This document shows positions 14,215 through 32,223 of a stretch of DNA of 64,000 bases, piece after piece. Origin of the DNA: the human T2T-CHM13v2.0 reference genome, Homo sapiens. The stretch lies in the NCBI RefSeq assembly GCF_009914755.1, contig NC_060936.1. The stretch is one strand, 5' to 3'. The position numbers were made by a program, and so were the translations under genes. Position 1 is the first letter of the stretch. The number at the start of each line of letters is the position of its first letter. The notes beneath the pieces were generated by a model, which was given only the letters and a program-made list of their open reading frames with translations, was not told the origin of the DNA and searched no databases.

Positions 14215-14409
14215 TCATGGGAATGAACGAAGAGAACAGATTAGGTGATCAGCAAATAGAGCTGGCTACTAAATATGCATAAGTAATTGATCCCAAGAGA
14301 ACAGATTACATTGCCTAAAGCCTCAGGCAAGCCCTCTAGTTTCTCCCCTCCCACTAGGAAGTGGTCAGGCATGACTTGCCCACACAACACACTGTATATA
14401 CGAAGTTCA

Positions 14410-14685
14410 AGACCGGGCCTGGTGGCTAACACTTGTAATCCCAGCATTTTAGGAGGCCAAAGCAGGTGGATCACTTCAGTCTAGGAGTTCAAGACCAGCC
14501 TGGGCAACATGGCAAAACCCTGTCTCTACAAAAAATACAAAAAATTAGCCGGGTGTGGTGATGCACATGGGAGAGATGGGAGGATCATCGGAGTCTGGGA
14601 GGTCAAGGCTGCAGTCAGCTGTGACTGCATCACTGCTTTCTAGTCTGGGTAACAAAGCAAGACTCTCTCTCAAAAAAACAAAAAA
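14410..14685 (+). mobile_element. AluJ with a small deletion in the right arm
   Basis: J-type diagnostics (ggtcaaggctgcagt). Confidence 0.9.
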
Positions 14686-15200
14686 GGTAGTTCAAAAAGA
14701 AGACAAAGGAGTTCCAGTTTGCAATAGACTTAAATAAATCAAAAATTATCCCATCTCTTTGCCTCCCCAAAAAGTCATAAAAATACTTCAGGGTAACATT
14801 GATTTGGGCTGGTGATCAATTTTTACAATGCTGTCTTTAAAGTCAATGAATAAGGAAGCCAGCATTCCCAAAGTAGCCTTCCATCAATCAATCTAAACAA
14901 TGCCAGGGTCTGGCTGCCAACAACTAGGCAGATAACCTCTCTGGTGGTGGATTTCAATGGAGATGTGAGCTCTAGCTGGCTCTCGCCATACCCAAAAGCC
15001 ATGTTCCTATGAGGCTGCTTAATATTAAGTTTTTGGTAATCAAGTTATGTTTCCCCAAAGATTCATACTTTTAGAGATGCTTTCCCTCACTTCTGGATTG
15101 CACTTTAACCAGACTTCTTAACATTTTAGCTTTACTTTGTTTTTTTCTCTCCCTCTCAGTCTAGGTACTCAGCAATCTGTGAAACACCTACATAGGCTAG

Positions 15201-15635
<435 letters not shown>

Positions 15636-15813
15636 TAATAGCAAAGGAGCTAGTTCATCAGCACCTGCTTGCTGTAGGCCCAGGCAACCTTCCCTTTCAG
15701 CACCTTCCGCCATGAATTACGTACACCCAATAACACATCAGACTAGATTCATTCTTTGCTGCCTTCCCGATCTCTTTAGTACCCTTTTATCTCTTTAGTA
15801 TCCTTTTCTCCAA

Positions 15814-16081
15814 CTTTTTTTTTTTAGAGACAGTGTCTCACTCTGATGCCCAGGAGGGAGTGCAGGGGTGCAATCATAGTTCACTATAAGCTTGAACTCC
15901 TGGGCTCAAGCAATCCTCCCACCTCAGCCTCCCAAGTAGCTGGGATTACAGGTGCACACCACCATACCCAGCTAGCTTTTTTTATTATTATTTTTTGATA
16001 GAGACAGGGGTCTTGCTATGTTGCCCAGGCTAGTCTCAAACTCCTGGCCTCAAGTGATCCTCTCACCTCGGCCTCTCAAAA
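15814..16081 (-). mobile_element. 5'-truncated AluJ
   Basis: TSD cttttctccaac on both sides. Confidence 0.92.
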
Positions 16082-16114
16082 CTTTTCTCCAACAGTGAAA
16101 AGATTTATTCTTAA

Positions 16115-16180
16115 TTTTTTTTTTTTTTTTTGAGATGGAGTCTTGCTCTTTCGCCCAGGTTGGAGACATCGCACCCGGCT
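16115..16180 (-). mobile_element. Alu remnant with a large internal deletion
   Basis: poly(T) + gagatggagtcttgctct...ggag fused directly to catcgcacccggct (Alu 5' end). Confidence 0.8.
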
Positions 16181-18138
16181 AGTCTCACCCTTCTACTCAC
16201 TCCTCCAATAAAGAAGAAGGAGGTTATCTGGCTCATGAAAAGCAGACATTTATTTGGCCATGTTTTACTAGAAGGTAGAATTACTATGTCTTGAAAGTAA
16301 GGGCCAAACTTAAAACTTCCCCTTTTACTGCCTAGGCACAGGCATAGCAGGCACTCAACCAACCGAACACTCTTGTCCCCCTTATTTCCATCAGGCCCCC
16401 TGTTGTGGCAAGGCCCCCCTCCGACCCCGTTCATGAGGGGAGGCCACCATTCTTCTCTGTTGGTAGGATGGGCAAATTTACCAGAGCCCTGCATCAGAGC
16501 TTACTGGGTGCTTGCCCTGCCAAGAATAAAGTGGGTATTTTGGTCTCTATCTGGCTATCTGTTCTTTGTGTGTGTCCTTTATAAGTCAGAATTTTGAAGT
16601 GCTGGAAGGGTGGTCTTAGATCCCAAACTGCCAGTGCTGTAGTTGAATGTTCCATCACCACGGATGAACAGAGTTGGCTATATTTATTTTCTCTGAAGTG
16701 AGACACCAGAAATCATTTCCAAACTCTCAGTCATGAACCACCTGGGCCTCTAACTCTTTGTCCTGAGGCTTTCATCTCTTTTGATTCCTGCCAACCGCCC
16801 TTTTTAGTTCTATCCAAACTTCACCCTCAGAAAATGAGCATAACTGCAATCACCACACTCATAGAATTGATTAGAAAGTTGGCTGCTGAATATAGTCCCA
16901 GATGTTTAATATAATTTTGAATCTTTGGCCAAATCATTTCCACGTTTGCTTGGTTGTGAAAGGTTTTCCCGCAAGTGAGAATTTAAGGGTTGAAGACTCC
17001 AATTTATGGGCTCTCCAACAAACCCACTCTGTTTCCCATCTTCCCCCAAAAAAGGCATTAATTTATCTCACTTAGAATTGATTTACCAAACTTGGATGTG
17101 GCATTGCACTGCTGGCTTGCACTAAGAGGCCCAGAAGGAAGCAGTCCTATGGAAATGCCAGGGTACACTTCCGAGGGATGGGGCCCACCAGGTCACAGGG
17201 GGTCTCATTTATGGGAAACCCAGTGGTGAAATTCCTCAGGGCTCAGTATTCAGAAAATTGGGTCTCCTCTGAGCAGAGCATTCTGGACTTTTTTTTCATG
17301 CGACTGGGGCTCTTGTAACTGTTTATATTCTCCTTTCTGCTTTGGTCACTGGGAGACTGAGAGTCCCAAATCATTCTTCCTTTGGCAACTTAACAGGAAC
17401 TTCCTTGTTTTTACTTTCAACCCTAACTTTATTTCCCTATCCTCATACTCCTTTCATCTAGATTTCTCTATTTATTCATTGTTATATTTTTAATATTGCA
17501 ATTATTTCTAGAATAAGTTGCCCTCAATTTATCTTGGAATAAAGTAGAATATTACATATTTTTGACATCTCTGGAAGTAGCTTCTAAATTCAGACTAGTG
17601 GGGGAAAATCCTATAATCCTAATTCATAAGCATTTAGCTCTTTTTGGCCTATTTTTTCTTACCAATCATTTACCTTCTAAAAACAGAACAGCCCCGAAGA
17701 GACACATAAATATTTGCCTACATATCCCATAAGAGATTATAAGAGCTACTGACTATAGCTCTTCATTATTCCTTTTTTGTTTTAGTAGGTGGCGCCCACA
17801 CGCTCCTGGTCTAGTAAGTTGAATTTCTACCATCACTACTTTACCATCCCATCCCTCTTGCTCCCCTTCCCGTCCATGCTGATACTCCAAACAGACCCAA
17901 CTCCTCTTCCTCACTTCCTCCTGCCCCTGAAGTAAGTGAGTGTCCAAAAGGAAGACAAGTTTAAGGGCCAACCAAGCCTAACAGAGAAGCATATCTATGA
18001 TCCTCATGGAACTAGCTTAGAAAACAAAACATGACCAGATAACCCTTCAAATGACAGGAAGCCTCAAACAAGAAGAACTTTAAAAGGCCCCAAACAAATG
18101 AATACACAAACAAGATGAACTTTAAAAGGCCCAAAACA

Positions 18139-18494
<356 letters not shown>

Positions 18495-18786
18495 CTAAAT
18501 GCACAAGCCATTGAGATAATGCAATTCTAAAGGCAGGACACTAAACAAAATAAATGAAAAAATAATGTCAAAATCATGATATCACCTGTGGCCTTGTTTA
18601 AAAAAAAAAAAAAGCCATAAGGGGTTTTCATTTGAGAAGAGCACTGCTTATCAGAAACCAATGGCTGAGTGGCAGATTCGAAGGATAAGCATGGTAGGGC
18701 CATGCTTAAATGAATGAAGTATAAAGATTGCTTCATTCATTTCAATGATGCGGGAAAATAACCTGCCAATAAAAATTACTGAATTT

Positions 18787-19081
<295 letters not shown>

Positions 19082-19314
19082 TTACTGAATTCTTGGGAGG
19101 CAGCATAAAGATGTTGTTAAGAGGATAGGTTGTGCTAGTGTTATAGGAGCATAGAATATTCTGGAAAGTTCTATGAGAAACTGACAATAGTGGTTCGCTT
19201 GAGGGAGAGGGGTTGAGCGTGGGGTGGGAAGGAGGCATTTTTCGCCGTATAACCTTCTGTATAATGTGAATTTTCTGCTATGGGCTATACCACTTTTTCA
19301 AAAAAACAAAGGCA

Positions 19315-19510
19315 AAGAGAATTTAGAGTCAGGGAGACCTGAGTTTGATTCCTACCACTGCCAACTTCGGGCTCCATGACCTCATTTGTATTGTGGACTA
19401 GTGATAGGACCTGCCTCACAGAGGTTTGGGGAAGAATAAATGGAACAATAATAAGCATAAAGCACTTTGCAGAGCTCCTGGCACATACTAGGCACTCAAT
19501 AAATGGCATG
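19315..19510 (+). mobile_element. MIR SINE
   Basis: tagagtcagggagacctgagtttgattcc...cctggcacatactaggcactcaataaat. Confidence 0.7.
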
Positions 19511-19878
19511 GTAATATCATACATGTATAAACATGTTAGTGAAGAATACTTATTCCACCCTTAATTAAAATCCAATATGGGACAACAGTAAAGTGGGGTT
19601 CAGGGAGTCAAGGAAATATCTTTTTGCTATCAGAAGGCAGAGATTAGGTCAAACCACCATTTTGAAGTATATGAACGATGTAATGTCCATCTAAGAGAAA
19701 AGCTTTAAATTCCTCAAAGCAAGGCCTAAAACCCAGCAGTTCTAAGCAGTCCCATTCACCCATAGGAGTCCTGAGCCAAAAAGTGGCCTCCCCATACCTT
19801 AAGCCCGAAGACAAAACGAGGAAGACCCACAAAGATGAGCAAGAAACTCTGAGGCTAGCATCCAATTTCTTCCTCTTG

Positions 19879-20032
19879 CAGGGCTTCACAACTCTAATAT
19901 GCACAGAAATCCCCTGGGGATCCTTATTAAAATGCAGCTTCTGACTCAGTAGGCCTGAGTCTCTGAAGCTCTAACAAGCTCCTAGATGATTCCGATGCTG
20001 CCGGTCCACGGACCACACTCTGAGTAGCAAGG
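19879..20032 (-). mobile_element. MER5A1
   Basis: Ends gctgccggtccacggaccacactctgagtagcaagg. Confidence 0.85.
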
Positions 20033-20151
20033 TCCTACTGCCTCCACGTAATAGTTTTGCTGTTCGTTAACAGTAACAGTGGCAGTATTGAGAGATTCAG
20101 ATTACTGTGATGTTCCCTCTCCTGATAATAACCTGGCCAATTCTTCTAAAT

Positions 20152-20369
20152 CAATGGTTCTCAACTGAAGGTGACTGTAGCCCCCAAGGGGAGACTGGGC
20201 AATGTCTAGAGTCATTTTTGGTTGTTGCAACTGCAGGGGGAGGGTGCTACTGGTATCCATGGAGAAAGCACAGCGATGCTGTTCAACATCCTGCAATTCA
20301 CACAACAGCCCCCACAGCAAAGAATTATCTGGCCCCAAATGTCAACAGTGCCAAGGCTGAGAAACCCTG
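20152..20369 (+). mobile_element. MER20 (hAT-Charlie), full length
   Basis: caatggttctcaac...gctgagaaaccctg with perfect 8-bp TSD ttctaaat. Confidence 0.93.
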
Positions 20370-20549
20370 TTCTAAATAAACAGAAAACAGGACACATCCT
20401 GAGTCTTCTCAACTCATCTTGAGATTAGAAATCCCAAGATTAGAAGTGGGCCATCGATCCAACATTGTCCTTTCCCAGGCTAGATCTGAGACATGGGGAG
20501 AGTTATAGGTTAGCAGGATGCTGTATGTGGGGAAGAGATCACCAGGTCA

Positions 20550-20905
<356 letters not shown>

Positions 20906-21154
20906 CTAGTGAGGGGAGGCCTACGAAGCATTAAACTTCCCACCATTTGGAGGTACAGCAATTTAACAGGACTACAGCTCTATTCAAGCAAAAGACCGGT
21001 TAGGCTCTTAGACTCTAAATTCAATGAAGGTAGGGCCATACCCAAATGTGTTCATCAATGGAGCCACAGCACCAGCACCTGACATTGCACTTAACATACT
21101 GTAGAAATTCAAATATCAGAATGAATCATCAATTCAAAAATTCCTGCAATTCTA

Positions 21155-21287
21155 GGCTGGGCATGGTGGCTCATATCTGTAATCCCATCACTTTGGGAGG
21201 CAGAGGGAGGATGATCACTTGAGCCCACAAGTTTGAGACCAGCCTGGGCAAAGATGGCAAGACTCCATCACTTAAAAAAAAAAAAAA
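21155..21287 (+). mobile_element. FLAM / Alu left monomer
   Basis: Monomer with poly(A); TSD aattcctgcaattc. Confidence 0.9.
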
Positions 21288-21419
21288 ATCCAATTCCTGC
21301 AATTCCAAATGTTCTTAAATAGACCTAGAGATTAAATCACTCTCTAGTGTGACATGGTTTATTATTTGCCATCATCACAAATATTATTACTAATAACAAT
21401 AACTTATGCAAAGGCATAT

Positions 21420-21650
21420 ATAGTATTGTAGAAAGAGCATGGGCTTTGGAATCACACAGACCTCCACCCAAATCCAGAATCCCTTATTCACTTGCCCTAT
21501 GACCTTGGCCAAGTTACCACAGTAACCACATCTGTAAAATGGGTATAATAATCCTTACATTTGACAGAAGTGTTTTGAAGGAGCATAGTGTAATATACTT
21601 GAATGCCTAGTGGTTAGCACAGAATAGGTACTCCCTAAACAATATTGTTG
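21420..21650 (+). mobile_element. MIR SINE
   Basis: gaaagagcatgggctttggaatcacacagacct...tgaccttggccaagtta...catctgtaaaatgggtataata. Confidence 0.85.
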
Positions 21651-23439
21651 ACCATACTAAAGGACTAGAAAAAAAAAGAAAAAACCCAAGGAGGTACATG
21701 GTGCTTATTTCTACACACAAAAATTTGTAAGACTTTCACCTGAAGCTAAGTAGGCACAGAATCCCTATCCCCCAAACCAAAGACTGTCTTCCCTCAGGAT
21801 TACTGAGCAACCATATTATACACTTGAGGTTTCATTGTCACTATTGAGGGCCAGCTAGCAAATAAGCAGCAACAATCAAAACGATACCTATTTGGAAGAA
21901 GACTATCTCAGCGTTTCATCAGCATGGGACCACCACTGAGTCACTGCCGGATGGAAACAAAGTGTACTTTCTGCTAACAAATGCTGAGGACCTGAAAAAT
22001 CAGGATCATGTGGCAAGAATTGTTTCTTTCAGAGAATAGCAAAAGAAAGACAACTCAAGAGAAAAAGCCCATGTCAGACGCAACAGACCATCCGAGTTCT
22101 CTAGCGCATTAGCCATAATGTCCTAGGAAATAATCCGTGATCACCACTTCCATTATGCATTTCTCACTGTTGAGATATGGCAGTCTTGCATAAAACGTAC
22201 AAGTGTGCTGGTTCCGTTGACATCACGATGCCTCGGGGGAAGATATCTTAAAAGATGTTGATAGAAGACAGTACCAGACAGCAAAACTTTCCCATGGATG
22301 GGAGCAGGTACACGATGCCAGGCAAGGTAAGCATAATCCCAAAGGCATGAAAGAGGAGCTCTGATTGGCTTCAGCTTTCCTGAAGCCCAGAAAGATCAGG
22401 CTGGGTACAGCCAGAATCCGGCCCAGCATCTGAAACATCACCGGAACTGCACAACCAGGGCAGCTGGTACGCTTAGGAAACCCCCCACTGAAACTTGGAA
22501 AGCAGCCTTGAAATAATGATAATAATAAATAAGCAGCTGAAAAACCAATCTTGTGGGAGGCTGGAAATGAAACAGAATAATGAGAGCCTGGTGACCCATG
22601 AGCATGGCAGTCACTCATCACAGAGTGTTCGACTTGCTGGAAGAATAAGTATCCTGGAACTGGGTCAGATGCCTGGTTCATGGGGTGCTGCCTGCAGCAA
22701 CCCCAAGAGGCAGGACCCAGGAGGGTACAGAAGCTACGCCTGACCTCAGTGTCAAAGCAAAGGCGCATCCTAGTTTCTCTCGGTAGCCACTCCCAGTTCT
22801 GTCATTCATAAATTTGCCAAGACCTTTCTTAAATTGCATTTATATATCCTGCCAGGACCACCTCTTGAGATAATGAGTTTTAGAAGATTATTACCTGCTG
22901 TGTTAAGCAGTACTTCCTTTCATTGGTTACAACAAGAAAAAGAAGAATTGGGGGTGAAACCGCACAAAGGCTAATGTTGCTTTTAACAAGGGACAATCTC
23001 TTATTGCAGAAGGCAGAAATATTCGACAGCCTGGAACCACCAGGCATTTAAGCAGCATCCATGAACTTGGGAAACTTAATGATTCGAAGTATTTCGGTTG
23101 ATGAAAATCACTCAACATGTGTTTATGAAAAACAGTGCTAGATAAAAGCATAATTTATGTTACAGTTACCTAGTTAGAAAATAGCTTAAAGAGCATGGAG
23201 TCAAGCAATGTTTTCAATCACAAATCTCTGAGTTGATTGCAAATAATGCAGGGATCAGAGGTTGGTGAAAAACAGGAAAATTTGCTAGGAGACACTGAAG
23301 TTAATACCATGCCTCTCTGCATAGTCGGAAATGCCATAAAACCACCAGGAAAACACAATACCAATCCTCGGTGGGCATGAAGATCCCACCTGCTGGCTGA
23401 GCTACACTAAGTATCTAAACTAGGACCAGTCCCATCAAA

Positions 23440-24702
<1,263 letters not shown>

Positions 24703-24734
24703 TCAGAGCCACTACACTGGGAGCTGGGAGTCAA

Positions 24735-24889
24735 ATATATTATGCCTAATTTATAAGTTAAGCTTTATATAACATAGGTATGTATGCACAGGAAAAAAGG
24801 TAGATGGGTTTCAGTACTATCATCAGTTTCACACATCCACTGGGAGACTTGGAACATATGTGCCACAGATAGGAGGGTGGGGGACTACT
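24735..24889 (+). mobile_element. MER44/Tigger7-like terminal fragment
   Basis: cataggtatgtatg...catccactggg...ttggaaca...gggactact terminus. Confidence 0.7.
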
Positions 24890-26174
24890 TTAACTCTACT
24901 CAGGTAATCACCATTCACTGACTTACTTAAGTGGAGATACATTCTTAGACATGATCAGCAGGTTCATGAATAAAAAAAATTAACTGCTTATTCAAGAAGA
25001 TTACAGAGATAAAAAGGCAAGACAAGAAAAGATTAAGTACTTGAACAGCATCTAAAAGAAAGTCTATTACATCTTTCTAAAAGCATAAAAGGAAGAATGC
25101 CCTGAAAATATATTACTGATTAGAAGGTCTGAACCTTGGAGATTTGGGGGGAGATGTCTATTTATTTAGAAAAATAAAGCAATGTGGCCACCCGAATAAT
25201 AAAAACATTTGCCAAGAAAGATTTATGGAAATGCTACCTACTTAAATATTTCAGCAGAAGGTTAGAGAAACCATCAAAATGGTTTACAACTGGACAATAC
25301 TGATTTTTTACCATACTATGTCCTAGCTGAAGGTGCAAGCAATTATAATTATAACACATCTCCAATCAGAAGCCTGGTTTTGACACCTAGAAACAGATTC
25401 CATTTCCCAACCTCCCTCCATCACCAAAAACAAAACACATACTCAAACAGGATAACTGCTTTCCTACTGGCTCTAATCCGTGCTGATCATTCAGTAGAAC
25501 ACATTCAATCAACAACACATCCAAGAATTAAAAGGATTTTTAAAAGATCACCAACTGGTAAAAGAAAAAAGAGCATTGTGTGGTTTCTGTTGATAATAAA
25601 CCAGGTCTTTGTTTTTAATGAATTCATTCAGTTTGCACTAACTGATTATAAAAAGTGATGTATGAATGAATCTACTGTGCATATACATTATAGGTTTTAC
25701 ATGCTTGTGAGCAAAGACAAATATTATCGAGGGAAACAAATGAATAAACACAGGGAGGTGTTTATGGTTTTTGTTTAAACTCAGCCATTAGCAGAACAAC
25801 CTGGGCATGTTGCCTAATCTGAGTCTTTTTCCTGATATGTGAATGAAATACCTAGATCCACTTTTTTGGAAGAAACTGTGTCAAACCAAGTGACAACCTT
25901 CAAACTCCATTAATCTGTGCCTCTAACTTACTGAGGGATAATATTCTAAAGGCCACATAAACACAGAGTTTGATAAATGACCCAGTTCTACACAAACAAT
26001 TTTAAGGCAGAATTATTACTCAAAGACAGCTACATCATTAGCCTTTACTACTCCTGTAGATAATTAAAGCCTTTATTTATGTAATTTACAGAAGCTTCTT
26101 TGGGCCAGAACAATCTCAGATCTCTCTTGAGTGTTTCATAATCCCAACATCCCAAATTAAGGAAAACAGCCCTA

Positions 26175-26411
<237 letters not shown>

Positions 26412-26599
26412 TCATATATGCAAGTTTCTTTTTTTTTGTTTTTTAGAGAAGGAAGTTTCGTGCCCTCTTCCCTTTGGACCAAAGGCGTGTTCCCAAAATA
26501 AGTGGCCTGTTCACATCAATAGGCTTAGTTCCTTTGTAGGGGTTCAGCGTCCTCCATGGCTTGACCCCGGCTCCCCTTCTCATCTCATCTTGCCACGTT

Positions 26600-26890
26600 C
26601 CCCATCTCTCCCTTTGCTGTCCAACAATGATGAGCTATTTAAAGATCCCTGAACAAATCATGCTGTTCTTGCTGCTTTCCTTGGCTACCTTTTCTATCCT
26701 ATAACTCCTTTCTGCATGTTCCCTCTGCACTCTACTTTTGCACACACACAATGCGCTGTGATTTCAGTGTGATGAAAAAGAAAGAAGGCAGAGAGGGCCT
26801 GCTTCTTCTGCTCATCCCTGTAAACCTGCTACCTAACAGTACCTGGTATGATAACGCACTCGTTATTGAATGATTGAATGAGTGAGTGAG
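26600..26890 (+). mobile_element. L2 3'-end fragment
   Basis: acctaacagtacctgg...tgaatgattgaatgagtgag tail. Confidence 0.6.
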
Positions 26891-27117
26891 CTAAAGGGAA
26901 GGAAATAAATTAGCTCCAAGAGTCATCTAAGGGGAAATTTTCACTCAAGAGGAGGCTCAAGAATAACAAATAATGTATGTACATAAAAATATGTATTAAG
27001 CATTCCAGAAAGATGAAAATTAGGTGAGATACAAAAATCTAGGAAATACGTTCCTTTTCCTTTTGGTTGAAACTAAAACATATACATTTATCAGAGCCTT
27101 AAGAAATGAGCTTCACA

Positions 27118-27422
27118 GGCTAGGCACAGTGGCTCATGCCTGTAATCCCAATACTTTGGGAGGCCGAGGCAGGCGGATCACCTAAGGTCAAGAGTTCAAG
27201 ACCAGCCTAGCCAACATGGTGAAACCCCATCTCTACTAAAAATACAAAAATTAGCCAGGCATGGTGGTGGGCACCCGTGATCCCAGCTACTCAGGAGGCT
27301 GAGGCAGGAAAATCGCTTGAACCCAGGAGGCAGGGTTGCAGTGAGCCGATATTGTGCCACTGCACTCCAGCCTGGGTAACAGAGCAAGACTCCATCTCAA
27401 AAAAAAAAAAAAAAAAAAAAAA
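27118..27422 (+). mobile_element. AluS
   Basis: Full dimer; a (TA)n tract follows at 27471-27494. Confidence 0.95.
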
Positions 27423-27579
27423 TAGGCTTAATGTAGTAGAAAGCACAGTTATTAGAAAATAGTTTTACTGTATATATATATATATATATATATACAGTAA
27501 AACACATATCTATATGTAATTGTATTTCTAATTCATTTCCTCATTCAATTGTAATACCATATTCAACAGTTAGTACTAA

Positions 27580-27990
27580 GAAGGAGTATATCGAAAAATC
27601 AAGAGCATGGACTTCAGGGCCAGACTGCCTGTGTTATTTCAGGCCAGTTACTTCACCTTCAGTGCTTTGGTTTCCTCATCTATAAATGAAAATAATAATA
27701 CTTACCTCACAAGGTTGTTTGAAGATTAACTAACTGACTAAACTATATCTCCTCAATTCTAAGACTCACAGTTATTCACAGTTAACAGCACTGAAATCAA
27801 GATGCATTCTATAATCAATAAAAATATCATAGACTCATTGGCAACAGTTTTTCTTCCGTAGCAGTACATAAAATAATGGTGTAGTCTTATCATTACTGGC
27901 AGCTGAGATTCCGTGAAATACAATTAATAAAATGTTTAGAATAGCCTTTGGCACAGAGTTAAGTGCCATATAAGTATTTGCTATTATTAT
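27580..27990 (+). mobile_element. MIR split by a MER104-like (TcMar-Tc2) MITE at ~27743-27921
   Basis: MIR core on both sides; insert carries aattctaagac...agtacataaaataatggtg...gattccgtgaaatac. Confidence 0.7.
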
Positions 27991-28129
27991 TTTCCACCAC
28001 TGCTGAAACACTCATTCACACAATTTTTAAATAACATCTAACATTCTATAAACATTCATTCACACAATACGTATAAAATATTCATGAACACAATTTTTAA
28101 ACAACATTCTAGAAACATTCATTCACACA

Positions 28130-28451
<322 letters not shown>

Positions 28452-28504
28452 TCATTCGCACAATTTTTAAATAACGTTTCTCAATGTGACTTCGAAATCT
28501 TCTA

Positions 28505-28720
<216 letters not shown>

Positions 28721-29099
28721 CTAGAATCCCATCAATAAAACGAATACAGCAAACTTTCAATTATCCTCAAGTAGACTGCCAACAGCCACATTTCAGACAC
28801 AAGCTGATTTGCCACTGATTACTATTCTCCCAGGCACTTAAACCAGCTGTCAAGTGGCACACTGTCAGGAAATGCAAACGCTTTACTAATTTAAAAAAAA
28901 AAAAAAGCACACAGCATATAATGCAATCCAAGGGCAAAAGGGCAAGAATTGTTGATGATATACACACAGCCTTCAGTTATACGAATGAGAGTTGGATATA
29001 CCGGGAATGGAAGATGTCTTTCCTAATACAAGTTATTGACATGATGGAACTTCTCTTATGATAACAGCAAAATGATAATAAACTCTAAAAATGAATCTA

Positions 29100-29447
<348 letters not shown>

Positions 29448-30769
29448 CTAACTGGCAAGATAATATTACAAATCTCAAGTTCAAAAATTTGGAAAACTGC
29501 CTTTGGAATTAACGTTCCTACTTCAACCCACCCACAGGGCAAGACATGATAATTAACTTCCACCCAGGGCCCAAGGTTAATGAGTTCTTTTTCCTCACCC
29601 CTAACCCTTGTTCCTGTGGTTCCCTCCCCCACCGTTCAGAAACCCAGGGGCTTATAATCCAATGGCACCCAAGCACTTGACCTTGGCAAAGAAAGATTAG
29701 GACAATACAGGAGGGCATTTTATAAAGCTAAATGTAACCCATTTAAAGGACTGTCCTTTTTTTCTGAGAATTTGTCCTTCTGACTTTTTTAGTGTTTAAA
29801 TGTCCTTTGTTTCTGGATATGCTGTTGATGAAAGAAGCAGGCTTTCTTCCCCTCATACCCACCCCTGTCTAGGCAGCCTAGTAAGCTGGCAACCCCTTTG
29901 GTCTTCAAAATTATTTTGACGTTTTACTGAGCCATGAAATTTGAAGTCTAAAGATTCCTTCTCTAACTTTTCTCCCCATCAAAACAGAGAGGCCCTGATT
30001 TTAGCTATATAGTGTGTTGGCCAGCTGTCCTATAACTCTATATCATAATGGGCTTCTCTCAGGTCAGCAGTTACATGGTACAAAAGAACTTTTTCCTCAT
30101 TAAACGATGGTAAGTGAAACTGAGTGAGCCAAGAGATTTTGTGGGTAAGTCCACATACCTTGAAGGCTGGGCTTTTCACCAAGGAAGTAAATTTGCTTTA
30201 CTTTAACTGGGTGTGGAGAGGAAAGTGAATGTTTAGTGAGGACGTGATGAGGTCTCCTCTCCCCGGGGCTGATTCTGGATGAAGCTCTTCCAGCCTGTAA
30301 CTTGAATCTCATCCATTCCTCTGCCATGAGACTTTCTCGTTATATGAAACAGACCTATTCTTCCCTCTCCTCTCTTTTTACCTCTTCCCTAGGGCCCACG
30401 CTCTGATACAGGTTTTTCCAAGCCCTAAACCCAGAAAGCAGTGTGATATAATCATTCCTGACATGGATTGTCCACCGGTTTGGGCAATAAAACTTCCCCT
30501 GTAAGTGCCCCTTCAAGAAAGCCAGATGGTCACACTATCCAAAACCCACAGGCAGGCTTGGCTTGATAGACAGAAGGGGAGACAAAGGGGAAAATATTTG
30601 GCCTAAGACAAAACCACAGGGTGACTTAAGCTTGAAGAACTGAAAGTAGCTTAAGTCAAGGAGAAGACTTAATATGTTGGGAAATCTGGGCTGATTCTGT
30701 TTTTTAATATGTATGTAAATGTTAAAGAGCTCAGCACAGGTTAGGGTTAAACTAAAGGGTTTTGGTTAA

Positions 30770-31088
<319 letters not shown>

Positions 31089-31834
31089 ACAATAGATATT
31101 TTTTAAATAACAAAACAAGAGAAGGAAAACTGTAACATCTTGATTTGACTAGGTAATGAAAATGCTACTATATTGTTGATTAAATACTTATCCTTTATGT
31201 CTAATTACCTTGCAGGACCTAACTACGCAATTGTTGAATACATACCATTTGCACTTACTGGATTTCATTTTTATTGCCACAGACTGTTCAGGAATATTCA
31301 GTTCTCCTTATTTGCAGCTCACAGGGCAGTCACTTGTTCACAACCAAAGAGTTGCAAAAACAGAATTGACTGGGGAGTGTTTCTCAGGACAACCCAGCCA
31401 AACAGTATGAATTGCCAATGCCCCATTTTCAAACTAATGATAAGACTTATCAAAGAAAGATAATTCCCCAACTAATTTTTGCCCCCTAACAGATACATGA
31501 TTATACACATTTATGCACAATCATTTTCTAATTTTCTAAATTTTATTAATTTGTACTAGAAAGCTATGAAGGGAAAAATACCCACTGGCTTCCTCTTAAG
31601 TGCATAATAGTGATTAGCAAAGGCATTACTCTTTGTTAATTAACAAATCTCTAAGTGTGTAATAGTAATTAACAAACGTTTTTAATGACAGTTAATGACT
31701 GCTAAGTTCCCATTAGTCACTGACCCCCAAGCACATTAAACCTGTTCAACACATAATCTCACATGTCCTGATTATGATTTTGCAATATGCTTTCACTCTC
31801 CTCTGGTGGCAATTCAGTCAGCTAATCTCGGTGA

Positions 31835-32223
<389 letters not shown>

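Noticed and set aside
15655-15710. Two TCAGCACC REST/RE1 left half-sites
   Set aside because: No GGACAG right half-site at the canonical or nearby spacing. I also found no convincing RE1 in the putative neuronal promoter.
17790-17800. TGGCGCCCA resembling a tRNA-Lys primer-binding site
   Set aside because: Only 9 nt match and there is no adjacent LTR.
22223-22768. 181-aa minus-strand ORF
   Set aside because: No recognisable domain, Ser/Cys/Pro-rich composition typical of random frames, and no splice or Kozak support.
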